From the IMG/VR virus record IMGVR_UViG_3300044631_003060: a DNA stretch of 64,000 nucleotides. The stretch is one strand, 5' to 3'. This stretch comes from an uncultured virus (IMG/VR IMGVR_UViG_3300044631_003060) (lineage: Duplodnaviria > Heunggongvirae > Uroviricota > Caudoviricetes). Shown here piece after piece: positions 28,355 through 38,240 of this stretch; the first letter of the stretch is position 1, and each line of letters opens with the position of its first letter. Below the pieces are notes generated by a model that searched no databases, was not told the DNA's origin, and worked only from the letters and a program-made list of their open reading frames with translations. A program made the translations under genes and the position numbers.

Positions 28355-30880
28355 TTAATATTTTATTTGTGTTCCTCGGAATGTAGCGATAACACGAATT
28401 GTGGTTGTGCTACCAGCCGTTGGGGGCGGTGTGAACGCTATTTGTAAACTTTCGTTTGTATCGTTGTTTGTGATTATAAACGCCACCGCTGCCATAGAAA
28501 CATCCGCATTTAGTGAGCCAATCTCTTGAACTGTGCCAACAAGGGATGTCGTTGTTCCTATTCTCTTAATTGTTACTTTGTAACTTGTCGCTGCAACATC
28601 GCCCGTTACTGTTGTACCATCGCCTTGTGCGGTACAAATGGATGATATGTCAATTATTCCGTGCCATACGCTATTTGTACTCGGAAGTATCGCTGCTACA
28701 CTTGCACCATCTAAAAAGAGTTCGGTTGTAGCAGTTCCTGTAATTGCTCTACGCCAAATTAGTTCGTGTGCTTGTGCATCACCTGCTGCTGAAAATGCCC
28801 CCGATGCGTGGGAGGTTTGTCCGTACAAATTAGAAACGCTATAAAAACCCCCTATTGTTGATGAATAAGTGCCACTTGCCGTGTTCCTTTCACCACCTAA
28901 AACAGAAGATATACCTCCCGATGCTAAATTTAGTAATCCACCTAATATAGCACCATAGGTTGCAGTCGCTTGGTTTTGTTGACCACCACCTATAAATGTT
29001 TTATCACCCGAAGGTGTTGAGTTTAAGTAACCGCCACCAATAAATGCAAATTTATCTCCACCGCCACCTATTGAATTTTCTCTACCCCCACAAACGGAAC
29101 TTTGTTGACCCGCTACGCTATTATTTAAACCACCACCTATGAAAGAACAAGAAGAACCCGAAGCAGTATTTCCCGAACCACCAACAACCGCACTAAAAGT
29201 ACCACTTGCCGTGTTTGATTGTCCACCGCAAACAGTTGCGTGAGTAGCAGATGTGGTGTTTGATTGTCCACCTCCAATAGTCATTCTATTGTTGCCACCA
29301 GTCATAGAGTGGTTTGAACCTCCACCTATAAAACTATAAACGGCACTTGTAATTACGTTTGTAGCACCGCCACCTATAAAATTGTTTCTTCCAAATAGTG
29401 AGTTGGTTTCACCTCCCACAATGATTGAGTACAAACCTTGTTCCCCCATTGTGTTACTTTGACCACCGCCTATAAACCTATGAGAACCATTATTTGTTCC
29501 CGAAATACTATTTCCTTGTCCACCTACAATAGCATCGTAGTTTCCAGTTGCACCATTGCTTAAACCACCAACCACAACGGAATACCCTATTGCAGCATTT
29601 CCAGAAGCCGTATTGCCTTGACCACCACCAACGAAACACCAACCCGCACTTGAACTATTAGATTGTCCACCGCTTATGGTTGCGTATCTACCTGTAGCAC
29701 TATTTGAACGCCCCCCAGCAACGACTGCGTGTGGGTCAAAATAACTTAAAGTTGAAGAACCACTTATAGTCGGTGCGTTTGATAAATTTATATTCGGGGG
29801 TGATGTCAATGCTATGTAGGTGTTTTCGGGAATGCCAGCACCCGTGACAAGCATACCAATACCACTTTGGGTCTGGTTAATAAAACCACTTGGAACAGTA
29901 ACATTACCCGCTGTTAGCGTAACTGTTGCCGTTCCACCAGCGGTACTTGAGTTTGCGGTATTGGTATTTCCACCGCCAATAACCCCAAAAGAATATGCTT
30001 GATTATTATTACCACCACCAACAAAAGATTTTTGAACCCCAGCGGTATTTAAAGAACCGCCAACAATCGCACTAAAAGTTCCACTTGCCGTGTTTGAAGA
30101 ACCGCCCCCGATAAATGTATGTGTTGCAGATGCCGTGTTTGCTTGTCCACCGCCTATTGTTGAAGAAGCACCACTTGCAGTATTATTCTGCCCTCCCGAT
30201 ATGGTAGCACCTCCTGAACTTGTATTATTAGTAAATCCACCACCAATAGTTTGATAGTATTGAGATGCGGTATTTGTGTCGTTAAATCTACCCCCTCCAA
30301 TAACCGAAAAACCACTTCTTAATTGGTTATCAAGTCCACCGCCAATTACGCAGTTACCTTCGTTATTATCGTTTAATATTTGGTTTCCGCTACCTCCACT
30401 TATAACGTGGTTTCCATTTACAGCAGATACCAAGTTGTTATCTCCACCACTAATTGTTGAATAAGTAGTAAATTGACCCGTTATCCTATTTCTATAACCA
30501 CCACCAATAACAGAATAACTTGAACTTGCAACTTGGTTTGATGCAGTTCGTTGCATTTGTAAATCTACAACATAAGTACCTCTTGCATTACCACCTACTG
30601 CAGTACCATCGGGAATAGCAGCCACAATAGCCCCGTTTCCCTTTGGTACAATCGCTGCGTTTACATTGGTTGCTGCGTTATTTGGTATCCATTGACTTGT
30701 CGCTTGTGTCGTGCTACTAAAACTCTCCGACCAATTAGAAACGCCAACGGCTGTCCTAAAATTGCTTATCGTGATTTTCTTTGTTTCACTTGCGGTATCA
30801 TCCCAAATCGGTAATAAATCGGCATTATCAACATTCGCTGCCAATAATTCCGTGAGTTGTGCTATGGTTAATTCAGCCAT
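28355..30880 (-). CDS. Long Gly-rich repeat fibre/spike protein
   Basis: TIAQLTEL..DLLPIWD..TKKIT fibre-type N-terminus, GGxxNTASG repeats, C-terminal beta domain. Confidence 0.75.
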   Translation of the reverse strand: MAELTIAQLTELLAANVDNADLLPIWDDTASETKKITISNFRTAVGVSNWSESFSSTTQATSQWIPNNAATNVNAAIVPKGNGAIVAAIPDGTAVGGNARGTYVVDLQMQRTASNQVASSSYSVIGGGYRNRITGQFTTYSTISGGDNNLVSAVNGNHVISGGSGNQILNDNNEGNCVIGGGLDNQLRSGFSVIGGGRFNDTNTASQYYQTIGGGFTNNTSSGGATISGGQNNTASGASSTIGGGQANTASATHTFIGGGSSNTASGTFSAIVGGSLNTAGVQKSFVGGGNNNQAYSFGVIGGGNTNTANSSTAGGTATVTLTAGNVTVPSGFINQTQSGIGMLVTGAGIPENTYIALTSPPNINLSNAPTISGSSTLSYFDPHAVVAGGRSNSATGRYATISGGQSNSSSAGWCFVGGGQGNTASGNAAIGYSVVVGGLSNGATGNYDAIVGGQGNSISGTNNGSHRFIGGGQSNTMGEQGLYSIIVGGETNSLFGRNNFIGGGATNVITSAVYSFIGGGSNHSMTGGNNRMTIGGGQSNTTSATHATVCGGQSNTASGTFSAVVGGSGNTASGSSCSFIGGGLNNSVAGQQSSVCGGRENSIGGGGDKFAFIGGGYLNSTPSGDKTFIGGGQQNQATATYGAILGGLLNLASGGISSVLGGERNTASGTYSSTIGGFYSVSNLYGQTSHASGAFSAAGDAQAHELIWRRAITGTATTELFLDGASVAAILPSTNSVWHGIIDISSICTAQGDGTTVTGDVAATSYKVTIKRIGTTTSLVGTVQEIGSLNADVSMAAVAFIITNNDTNESLQIAFTPPPTAGSTTTIRVIATFRGTQIKY

Positions 30881-30893
30881 TTCTTTTTAATCT

Positions 30894-31058
30894 TTAAGGT
30901 GTTGATGCTTTCCAAACTAATCTATCATTGTCGCCCGTTTTTACGAGTACACGATTACTCTTGCCCGATTTCCAAAGCAAAAAGTTCGCTTGAACATCGG
31001 GTGCTGCACCGCCACCCGAAATCGTGTTTCCGATGATATTTCGTAGACCTAATTTCAT
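30894..31058 (-). CDS. Small protein, 54 aa (not in ORF track)
   Basis: MKLGLRNIIGNTISGGGAAPDVQANFLLWKSGK...; fills the gap between neighbours. Confidence 0.55.
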   Translation of the reverse strand: MKLGLRNIIGNTISGGGAAPDVQANFLLWKSGKSNRVLVKTGDNDRLVWKASTP

Positions 31059-31061
31059 TTT

Positions 31062-31328
31062 TTAAAAAAGTGCCAATATATCTTGTGCATCGGTATCGGT
31101 TGACCATACTTTCCTTACTTGTATGGGCATAAAAGTTCCATCCACAACATTTACGAATTGAACAACTTGACCCCCTAACATAGTAACTTTGATGTTTCCA
31201 CCCGTTCCCACATATAGACAAGCACCATTAGTTCTTCCTTCTATTATTGCTCCACCGCCAAGTGTCAAATCGGCATTATCATCGGGTGTAACCACCTCCG
31301 CATTAAATCCTTGTTCTAAATAAGGCAT
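31062..31328 (-). CDS. Spike-base protein (RcGTA Rcc01079-like)
   Basis: VVTPDD..LYVGTGGNIKV..G..V.F.NV.DGTFMPIQVRKVWSTDTDAQDILAL. Confidence 0.65.
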   Translation of the reverse strand: MPYLEQGFNAEVVTPDDNADLTLGGGAIIEGRTNGACLYVGTGGNIKVTMLGGQVVQFVNVVDGTFMPIQVRKVWSTDTDAQDILALF

Positions 31329-31329
31329 G

Positions 31330-31830
31330 TTAATAATATAATTTATAAAGTTCGTAAAGTTTCTTGCCCGTATTGCTAAACCTAATTGGTACTTTTACCC
31401 AACCAAACGGAGTTTTAAGTTTGAAATTACCCACAAAATCAAGTTCAATGTCTTGTTTTGCTATTAATTGACTTGCGATAGTGCGCCAATTATTAAATAC
31501 ATTTTCGGGTTTTACATCAATGGTAATGAAGATTTTAGTTTGTCCGTCGGGGTTGATTGTATAGGGACCAGATTGATAGATTTTAGACAATTCCTTTCCT
31601 TGGCTTAAAACCAGCATATCTATATCCTTAATGATTGCCTTAAATGCGCTTCTATTCAAGATAGTAAAGTGCATGTTTGCTTTAAGGTTAGGCGTAACCG
31701 ATACAAGTTTGAAATCATCCACGCCATAATCCCATTGTTGGGCAAGCATTACATTTTTATACAAATAGCGCAATAGGGTTGCTCCCGCTAACCCTACGCC
31801 CGAATACAACAATATCTTCTTTGCGTTCAT
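31330..31830 (-). CDS. LEA_2-like beta-sandwich protein with N-terminal TM
   Basis: TM followed by ..TILNRS..INPDGQTKI..LDFVGNF pattern. Confidence 0.55.
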   Translation of the reverse strand: MNAKKILLYSGVGLAGATLLRYLYKNVMLAQQWDYGVDDFKLVSVTPNLKANMHFTILNRSAFKAIIKDIDMLVLSQGKELSKIYQSGPYTINPDGQTKIFITIDVKPENVFNNWRTIASQLIAKQDIELDFVGNFKLKTPFGWVKVPIRFSNTGKKLYELYKLYY

Positions 31831-31831
31831 T

Positions 31832-32644
31832 TTATTTCCTTCTTAAAACGAAGTATCCGATTGTTGCGGCAGCAAGCACGCCAACACCTATTCCAATAAA
31901 AGATTTTTTTACGGGTTTTCCGCCAACATTTACTTCTCCTTGCAAAAGACCGCTTGTTCCTTTAGGCTCTCCACCCAAAGTAGTTTCTCCAATAGTGCTA
32001 CCGCCCGTTTCTACCATAGACATAGTGGGAATTGGTGCGCTAAGTGGAGGTAATGGCAATCCCGTTGGTTTTTTAGTTTCGGTTTTCGCCGCCGCTTCCG
32101 CCGCTCTTGCCGCTTTTTCTTCGGCTTCTATTGCCGCTTTTTCCTCTCTTGCAAACGCTTTATCATACGCTTTAACAACTTCAGCACGATATTGGTTAAT
32201 AGCATACATCCATGACCTTACTGCCGCTATTTCTGCAATAATCTGTTTGTTATCTCCCTTGTCCAAAGATTTCCTGTTTCTTGCAACAGTAGCAGCCTTA
32301 CTATCTGCATCTGAACCCCAACGACTATATTCATTCGTTAGTTGCTCAACCAATGATTGTAATTGCTCGGACGACATTTTAGCGTCATACGGAAACTGCG
32401 ATTTAGTGGCTGCATAATATTGTTTAATCAAGTGTTGAGGCGGGCTTGATATGTTGCCCATTACGGTTTTATATCTGCTTTTATCATTATTTGATAACGC
32501 CATGTAAGCAGCCACAGGCGCAGATAGTAAACCTACAAAAATTACTTTGGTTTTCCACCATCCTCTACCACCTGCGTTAGCATAACCCATTTCGGTGTAG
32601 TAATCGCTTGTTTGTGGTATTCCAAGTTCTCTATTTAAGTGCAT
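31832..32644 (-). CDS. Membrane protein with C-terminal TM
   Basis: YANAGG near the N-terminus; C-terminal TM then RRK. Confidence 0.65.
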   Translation of the reverse strand: MHLNRELGIPQTSDYYTEMGYANAGGRGWWKTKVIFVGLLSAPVAAYMALSNNDKSRYKTVMGNISSPPQHLIKQYYAATKSQFPYDAKMSSEQLQSLVEQLTNEYSRWGSDADSKAATVARNRKSLDKGDNKQIIAEIAAVRSWMYAINQYRAEVVKAYDKAFAREEKAAIEAEEKAARAAEAAAKTETKKPTGLPLPPLSAPIPTMSMVETGGSTIGETTLGGEPKGTSGLLQGEVNVGGKPVKKSFIGIGVGVLAAATIGYFVLRRK

Positions 32645-32648
32645 GTCT

Positions 32649-33212
32649 TTATTTATTAGCTTTTTTTATTATTACAAATATAGTGGTAAGCGCAACAAGG
32701 CCGCCCAAACCAAACAGCAACATCTTTTGGGTATTACTGCTTTTGGGTGGTGTTGAAGTTGCCCCTGCTTGTGGTTGTGTGATTTGCTGCAAAGTGCTGA
32801 TAAACGACTGCTCTTCTTGTGCTTTTTGCTTAATGTCGCATTTTAGCTTCCTTGCGTGCGCCTCAAGTTCGGCAATACGACCACCTACAAGCGAATTATA
32901 ATCATTCAACACACGTTTTTCTCCACGCTTTGTTTTGGGGTTTGATATTTTGATGTTGTTATTGTTAATGTCCGCTTTGGCTTTAGCGATATAATTTGCG
33001 AGTTCTTCACAATCGTCGGTAATAGGGAAAGCCTTGTTTACTTGTCCTCTCCTATCCGTACCTTGCTCTTCGGCGGCTTTGCGTTGCGCTTCTCTTCTTT
33101 TTCTACGACCAAATAAATTGTTCCATTCGTCGTATGTATCTCCGACAAAAGATATGCGACCATCCATGCCAAATGCCATATCTCCGTTTTGGTAAAAAGT
33201 ATCTATATCCAT
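32649..33212 (-). CDS. Membrane protein with C-terminal TM
   Basis: Coiled coil and C-terminal TM then KK. Confidence 0.65.
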   Translation of the reverse strand: MDIDTFYQNGDMAFGMDGRISFVGDTYDEWNNLFGRRKRREAQRKAAEEQGTDRRGQVNKAFPITDDCEELANYIAKAKADINNNNIKISNPKTKRGEKRVLNDYNSLVGGRIAELEAHARKLKCDIKQKAQEEQSFISTLQQITQPQAGATSTPPKSSNTQKMLLFGLGGLVALTTIFVIIKKANK

Positions 33213-33222
33213 TTTATTATTT

Positions 33223-33717
33223 TTATTTATTAGTTAGTTTAATCACATCTTCCCTTACATAAATCCTATTTGGCGGTGGTATGTTGGTGAATACATCACG
33301 CGTTAAAAAGTTTTTTGAGTTTTTTTGTATTTCATCATACACCGCCTTTTCCATCTTAAAAGATAGCCAATTATAAGGTTTATTTGTGTTGGGGTTTTTA
33401 GTGCCTTTTTGCGGAATAACCTTTACAACACTACCTAATAGGGTGTTTTTTAAGGCTACCGAACCATATACGTTATCAAAAGCGCCGTCATTAACTTGAG
33501 GAGTGTTTCTTACTTTAATCCCATCAATACGGGTATAAATTTTTTTACCAAGTATGCTATTATTGGCTATTGCACCTTGAACATCGGTGTTCGGCTTATC
33601 TTGATTGTCTTCTTCTTCTTCGTCTTCCTTGCCCTTGTCTTTAAATCCACCAAGCAACCAATAAGTTACCGCTATAACGCTTAAACCAACCGATATGTAT
33701 AACAAACCTTTTTTCAT
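33223..33717 (-). CDS. Membrane-anchored protein, possible SH3b-like domain
   Basis: N-terminal TM; IKVRNTPQVN..LGSVVKV..WL. Confidence 0.55.
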   Translation of the reverse strand: MKKGLLYISVGLSVIAVTYWLLGGFKDKGKEDEEEEDNQDKPNTDVQGAIANNSILGKKIYTRIDGIKVRNTPQVNDGAFDNVYGSVALKNTLLGSVVKVIPQKGTKNPNTNKPYNWLSFKMEKAVYDEIQKNSKNFLTRDVFTNIPPPNRIYVREDVIKLTNK

Positions 33718-33718
33718 G

Positions 33719-33892
33719 TTATTTTTTAGCGTTATCTATTTTTCTAATTATTTCTTTAACCTCTTCGTCCATCGCGACTTGTTGTTCTTTTTTGTCTTTT
33801 CGGTTTTGTACGCCAACCAAAATAGCGGCAATAAGAACACCTCCGCCTATGATACTACTCCAAATAATTATATTTTTAGTTGATGGTTTCAT
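33719..33892 (-). CDS. Small membrane protein, 57 aa (not in ORF track)
   Basis: MKPSTKNIIIWSSIIGGGVLIAAILVGVQNRKDKK... Confidence 0.65.
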   Translation of the reverse strand: MKPSTKNIIIWSSIIGGGVLIAAILVGVQNRKDKKEQQVAMDEEVKEIIRKIDNAKK

Positions 33893-33894
33893 TG

Positions 33895-34422
33895 TTATGG
33901 TTTTATTCCTCCCGCCAATATCTTAGCCGCTTCCGCTTTCCTTCGTACTCTTGCGTCGGCTCTTCTAATTTGCAAATCGGGGTTTTTCAAATTTTGATAC
34001 GCTCTAACGCCAAAATATATCCCCGCGCCCACCACGATTAGCGGTACGGCTACTTTAAAAATCTTACCCGCTTTGCCTATTCCCGTTGCAATGCCGCTAA
34101 TTGCATCTCCAATATTATCAACAATATCGAAAACGCTTCCGCCAATATTAAGAACACCGCCTAAAATGCCCGCACTTTCATAAGTGTTTAGGTCATTTTT
34201 CTTTGCATATTCTCTAAAAGAAGTGTTGAAAGTACGACAATCTAAATGGCTTGCACCAAGAGTACCCTTACTATACGCATATTCCCAAATGTATTTGGCT
34301 TTGTCTTTGCCAAAATGCGCTTTGAGTTTTTTATGCCATTCTATCCAATCGGAACACGACCAATATTCGTCGATGCCCCATTGGTCATAGTTTGGTATGT
34401 CTTTATATGATGTTACCGCCAT
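33895..34422 (-). CDS. Membrane protein
   Basis: Trp-rich N-terminal domain, C-terminal TM. Confidence 0.65.
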   Translation of the reverse strand: MAVTSYKDIPNYDQWGIDEYWSCSDWIEWHKKLKAHFGKDKAKYIWEYAYSKGTLGASHLDCRTFNTSFREYAKKNDLNTYESAGILGGVLNIGGSVFDIVDNIGDAISGIATGIGKAGKIFKVAVPLIVVGAGIYFGVRAYQNLKNPDLQIRRADARVRRKAEAAKILAGGIKP

Positions 34423-34430
34423 GGTGGATA

Positions 34431-34769
34431 TTAAGATTTACGAGTTCCGCCTTTTGTCCAATAAGTTTTACCCTCAAGTGTGAAAGTGGGTGTATCTTCT
34501 CCGTTTTCGCTTTTATATACGGCTTTGAACCATTGTTTTTTGTAATCTTTGCCTAAACCTTTCCAAAAACCAGCTACAAAATCGTCAACAGTGTCTTTGG
34601 TATATGGCTTGTTCAAACCCTTATCGCTCAAACCTACATAAGTACCCATTTTTTTATCGGTAGTAAATAGACCAATACCGCCATTTTTTCTTTTGTAGAT
34701 TTGGTTTCCGATTAATAAAACCGATAAACCGCCGATACCATAAAGTGCATATTCTAATGTTTTATTCAT
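34431..34769 (-). CDS. Small membrane-anchored protein
   Basis: N-terminal TM then KRK. Confidence 0.65.
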   Translation of the reverse strand: MNKTLEYALYGIGGLSVLLIGNQIYKRKNGGIGLFTTDKKMGTYVGLSDKGLNKPYTKDTVDDFVAGFWKGLGKDYKKQWFKAVYKSENGEDTPTFTLEGKTYWTKGGTRKS

Positions 34770-34771
34770 TG

Positions 34772-35551
34772 TTATTGTATTACCATATTAATTTTTTCAA
34801 AGTCGTTGATAAACTTATTTATGACATCGTACCTATTTTTATTTTGCTCACTTGGAACACCCTTAAAGGTTTCAAGAAACGCTTGATATGCCTCAATGCG
34901 GGGATACCCAAGCCCAAGATAAATCAACAAACCATTCAAGTCGGCTTCAATTTCATCGTCCATGGTTTCATTTAGATAGAAATGTGAAAATTCGTGTAAC
35001 AAGATTGCAAGTCGCATAGGAACAGTCATCCCGTCAAACGCTTTTTTACTTACTTGAATTACGCCCGTTCTCTTGCTAATTCTTGCGGGAGTGTTTAATT
35101 CGTTTCCGTTCTTGCCTTTTATAGTTGGCAAAAGGTTGATGTAAAAATTTCTATCGGCGCTTGTGTAAATGGACGGCTCAAGTTCTTCGGCATTAAATGA
35201 AAATCTTTGTGCAAATTCCACAAACGATTTGATTTTAGCATTGCTAATGTCCTCTACATCTATTCTACGCTCCAATGGCACTTTTTCAACCGATACCAAT
35301 TTGAAGTCGGTTTTGCCGTCGTTATTCAAAGGTTTCTTTTCGCTTATAACCTCTACAATAGCCTTATCGGGGCTTAACGGCATGCGAACATAAAGATTTT
35401 CTTCACCGCTAATTGTTTTATAGCGATTAGTGAATATTCTTTTGGGATTTGCCTCGTCATAAACTTTCAAACGCACTTTTTGTGGCGTATCGGTTTTGAT
35501 AGCCACTTTCAAATTTACGGGAGCATGATTTGTTGTTATTCTATACTTCAT
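34772..35551 (-). CDS. Zincin-type metallopeptidase (candidate maturation protease)
   Basis: AILLHEFSHF..EIEADLNG (HEXXH plus downstream E). Confidence 0.7.
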   Translation of the reverse strand: MKYRITTNHAPVNLKVAIKTDTPQKVRLKVYDEANPKRIFTNRYKTISGEENLYVRMPLSPDKAIVEVISEKKPLNNDGKTDFKLVSVEKVPLERRIDVEDISNAKIKSFVEFAQRFSFNAEELEPSIYTSADRNFYINLLPTIKGKNGNELNTPARISKRTGVIQVSKKAFDGMTVPMRLAILLHEFSHFYLNETMDDEIEADLNGLLIYLGLGYPRIEAYQAFLETFKGVPSEQNKNRYDVINKFINDFEKINMVIQ

Positions 35552-35766
35552 TTCCCTATTGCGTTTATTGTTTCGGTGGGCGTATCATTTACCTTTACGC
35601 CGCTACCCGTTAGTTTGTTTAGCGCTCTACCAATTACATCGGGCTTGATGTTTGTTGGGTCTATTTCGTCTTGCAATGGTTTTGGATTGCTTGCTTGAAT
35701 AACTTTCCAAATCACAAACAAAGTTGCCCCACCAAGTACGAAAATCATTAATTTTTGACTATTCAT
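35548..35766 (-). CDS. Small membrane protein
   Basis: N-terminal TM. Confidence 0.6.
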   Translation of the reverse strand: MNSQKLMIFVLGGATLFVIWKVIQASNPKPLQDEIDPTNIKPDVIGRALNKLTGSGVKVNDTPTETINAIGK

Positions 35767-36046
35767 CTTTACCTTTCATATAAAATCTATACGCCACTCC
35801 AGCCAAAATTACGATGGTTAAACCAATCGCTATATTTCGTACAAGGACTTTGTTTTGCATAGGTTGTTTTGTTTGACTTACTTTCTCTTCGTCTTCCCCC
35901 AACATACTCATCATTTCGGCGTTGGCTTCTACATTAGGTATGTGAACACCTTTTGTTTTTTCCCTTTCTATCCATTGTTTGAAAGATAGAGTAGTGCCGC
36001 TTTCTTTGTAAAGTTGATTTGCGCTTTTTTGTGTCGTGTTGTTCAT
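35759..36046 (-). CDS. Small membrane protein
   Basis: C-terminal TM. Confidence 0.6.
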   Translation of the reverse strand: MNNTTQKSANQLYKESGTTLSFKQWIEREKTKGVHIPNVEANAEMMSMLGEDEEKVSQTKQPMQNKVLVRNIAIGLTIVILAGVAYRFYMKGKDE

Positions 36047-36052
36047 TTTATT

Positions 36053-36724
36053 TTAGCATAAAAGATTGTCCAAAGTTAATGGCATTTTTCCGCTAAATAG
36101 CATGCCACCACCACCAACTTCACCATCGTCCATTTTAACACATTGGCGTATTACGGAATTATACATATATCCTTTTGGGCATGTGGGCGTAGTGCCACCA
36201 CCACCAACGGGGCGTGTTGTAGTGCTTCCACCACCAACGGGAGGTGCGGTGCTACTACCACCCGTAGTACCTCCACCCGTAGTGCCTCCACCAACGGGTG
36301 CGGAACTTAATCCACCGCCAGCTTGTTGGGCGGCATCTCTTGCTTTTTTTAATGCGTCTTCGGGGGCTTGTTCAACGGGTTTGATAACCTCGCATTTTCT
36401 TGTTGCGGGATTATAAATGTAACCACTACCGCAAGTAACAGTAGTTCCACCATTACCCTTATCTTTAAATACGGGCTTTGGAACTTCAGGCGTAGGTTTT
36501 GGGGTTGTATCAACGGGAGGCGTTGGAGGTGTTATAATAAGAGGCATGCCACCACCCATAAACCCACCACCACCACCGCCGCTACTTTCGGCGCTTTCAC
36601 CGCTTTCAATAGCGTATGATTTTGGCTTACGGGTTTTCCATATATAGAAAACTACGCCCGCAACGAGCAATAGCCCTAACAATGAATTTCTTTTGTCGTT
36701 TTGTTTGTTTTGATTGTTTTCCAT
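36053..36724 (-). CDS. Membrane-anchored Gly/Pro/Thr-rich protein with two Cys-pair modules
   Basis: TCGSGYIYNPATRKCE and TCPKGYMYNSVIRQCV. Confidence 0.65.
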   Translation of the reverse strand: MENNQNKQNDKRNSLLGLLLVAGVVFYIWKTRKPKSYAIESGESAESSGGGGGGFMGGGMPLIITPPTPPVDTTPKPTPEVPKPVFKDKGNGGTTVTCGSGYIYNPATRKCEVIKPVEQAPEDALKKARDAAQQAGGGLSSAPVGGGTTGGGTTGGSSTAPPVGGGSTTTRPVGGGGTTPTCPKGYMYNSVIRQCVKMDDGEVGGGGMLFSGKMPLTLDNLLC

Positions 36725-36734
36725 GACATCTAAT

Positions 36735-37421
36735 TTATTCTATTACTACATATTTCGCTAAAACCCTAACGGCGGAATAATATGAATTACCACCATAAAT
36801 ATCGCTCGCTTGAGGGAATATCATTACATAAATTCCATCATCCACAACCGCTTCTACTTGACGATATTTTGTGCCCGTCTTAATGTATGTTTTGAGGTTG
36901 CTTCTAACATAATTAGTTTCATTAGGTGGCTTTATTTGTTGATAAGCCGTTACGAACTTATTGTTTCCGTCCTTAATAACCGCCGTTTTGCCTTGTTTTA
37001 CTTGGCTTACGATATTTTTGGCATAATCCAAAGCATTAACCTTTGCGCTACTACCCGCAAGATATATGTCAATATTTTCGGGTTTTACCGCGCCATAAGT
37101 GGCATAAAGATTGGCGTATTTGCTTTTTACGGCGGCATTGGTTTGAGGGCCAGCGATGCCATCGACATCACAACCAACAATTCCTACTTTCTTTTGAAGC
37201 GCCATAACTTTTAAGCCATAGCCACTTGTATCTCTCCTATTGGTGCATCCATTACCCCAAGTGTTTGTTGTGCCACCGCCCGTCGGAGTTTCTTCTTGTG
37301 TTTCTTCTTCTTCGTCGGTTTTACCTTTTTTGTCTTTTGCCCTTTTAATTGCCATAGCGCCCGCCGTACCAACGAGTGCCAATGATGCAATAGTTACGAT
37401 TATTTTTATATTATTATTCAT
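36735..37421 (-). CDS. Membrane-anchored protein with peptidoglycan-binding-like motif
   Basis: N-terminal TM; VMALQKKVG..VDGIAGPQTNAAV. Confidence 0.6.
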   Translation of the reverse strand: MNNNIKIIVTIASLALVGTAGAMAIKRAKDKKGKTDEEEETQEETPTGGGTTNTWGNGCTNRRDTSGYGLKVMALQKKVGIVGCDVDGIAGPQTNAAVKSKYANLYATYGAVKPENIDIYLAGSSAKVNALDYAKNIVSQVKQGKTAVIKDGNNKFVTAYQQIKPPNETNYVRSNLKTYIKTGTKYRQVEAVVDDGIYVMIFPQASDIYGGNSYYSAVRVLAKYVVIE

Positions 37422-37433
37422 ATTATTTGTTAT

Positions 37434-37757
37434 TTATACCCATACTACTTCTTCGGGGCTTTGTCCTTTTACTTCGCCCGAATATATCCTATTTTTTTCG
37501 GCTTTTACTAATTTGTCCAATTCTTTTTCTTCTTGCATTTTCAAAGAGTTGCTTATTTGCGTTACCGCAAAATCAATAATAAGCCCCGTAAGCGCACCCA
37601 CGATGAGAACTTGAGCAAGTTGTTTACCCTTGGGTATTTGAAATCTAAATTTACCGCCTTTGCTAACCGCAATAGAATACATGATAGCATCTTGCAAAAA
37701 TCCTATACCCGTTGCCGTTCCAACTACAATAAGTTGATTTTTTACTTGTGGTGTCAT
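37434..37757 (-). CDS. Membrane protein
   Basis: Two hydrophobic segments. Confidence 0.6.
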   Translation of the reverse strand: MTPQVKNQLIVVGTATGIGFLQDAIMYSIAVSKGGKFRFQIPKGKQLAQVLIVGALTGLIIDFAVTQISNSLKMQEEKELDKLVKAEKNRIYSGEVKGQSPEEVVWV

Positions 37758-37760
37758 CGT

Positions 37761-38003
37761 TTATCTATATGATTTATACGTTCCCCTATTACGCCTATAA
37801 AACGGCAAACTTTCTACCCTTATATCTTCCCTATTCGCAAAATATTGTCCGTATGGATAATTGTTTTCCGCTATTACCATTTCTCCGCTACCATCAAAGT
37901 TGGTTTGCTCTTCTTCTTTCTTTTTTATGTTTCTCCAAATAGCATAACCCCCATATAAGAGTGTTATACCAATAACCGCTTGTATAATTCCTTTTGTCTT
38001 CAT
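37761..38003 (-). CDS. Small membrane protein
   Basis: N-terminal TM; TNFDG and YFANRE motifs. Confidence 0.6.
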   Translation of the reverse strand: MKTKGIIQAVIGITLLYGGYAIWRNIKKKEEEQTNFDGSGEMVIAENNYPYGQYFANREDIRVESLPFYRRNRGTYKSYR

Positions 38004-38006
38004 TTT

Positions 38007-38240
38007 TTATTTACTTAAATCTTCAAGTTTCAAACAACCGCAATTACCACTTGCGTTGGGAAATTCATTTACATTCACTTCAAGCATCATGTAAGGGTCG
38101 GGATTGTATCCGTCGGCACTTGCCGTACCGCTTCCTTGTTTTGATGTTTTCTTTTTGAACCAATCAAAATCGGAAACTATAAATACGCCTAATCCCAAAA
38201 GAATGGCGCTTGATAATACTATTTTTTGTGCGGGTGTCAT
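38007..38240 (-). CDS. Small membrane protein
   Basis: N-terminal TM; ASADG and FPNASG motifs. Confidence 0.6.
   Translation of the reverse strand: MTPAQKIVLSSAILLGLGVFIVSDFDWFKKKTSKQGSGTASADGYNPDPYMMLEVNVNEFPNASGNCGCLKLEDLSK

Noticed and set aside
31779..32417. 212-aa plus-strand ORF
   Set aside because: Antisense to 31832-32644 within a continuous minus-strand operon
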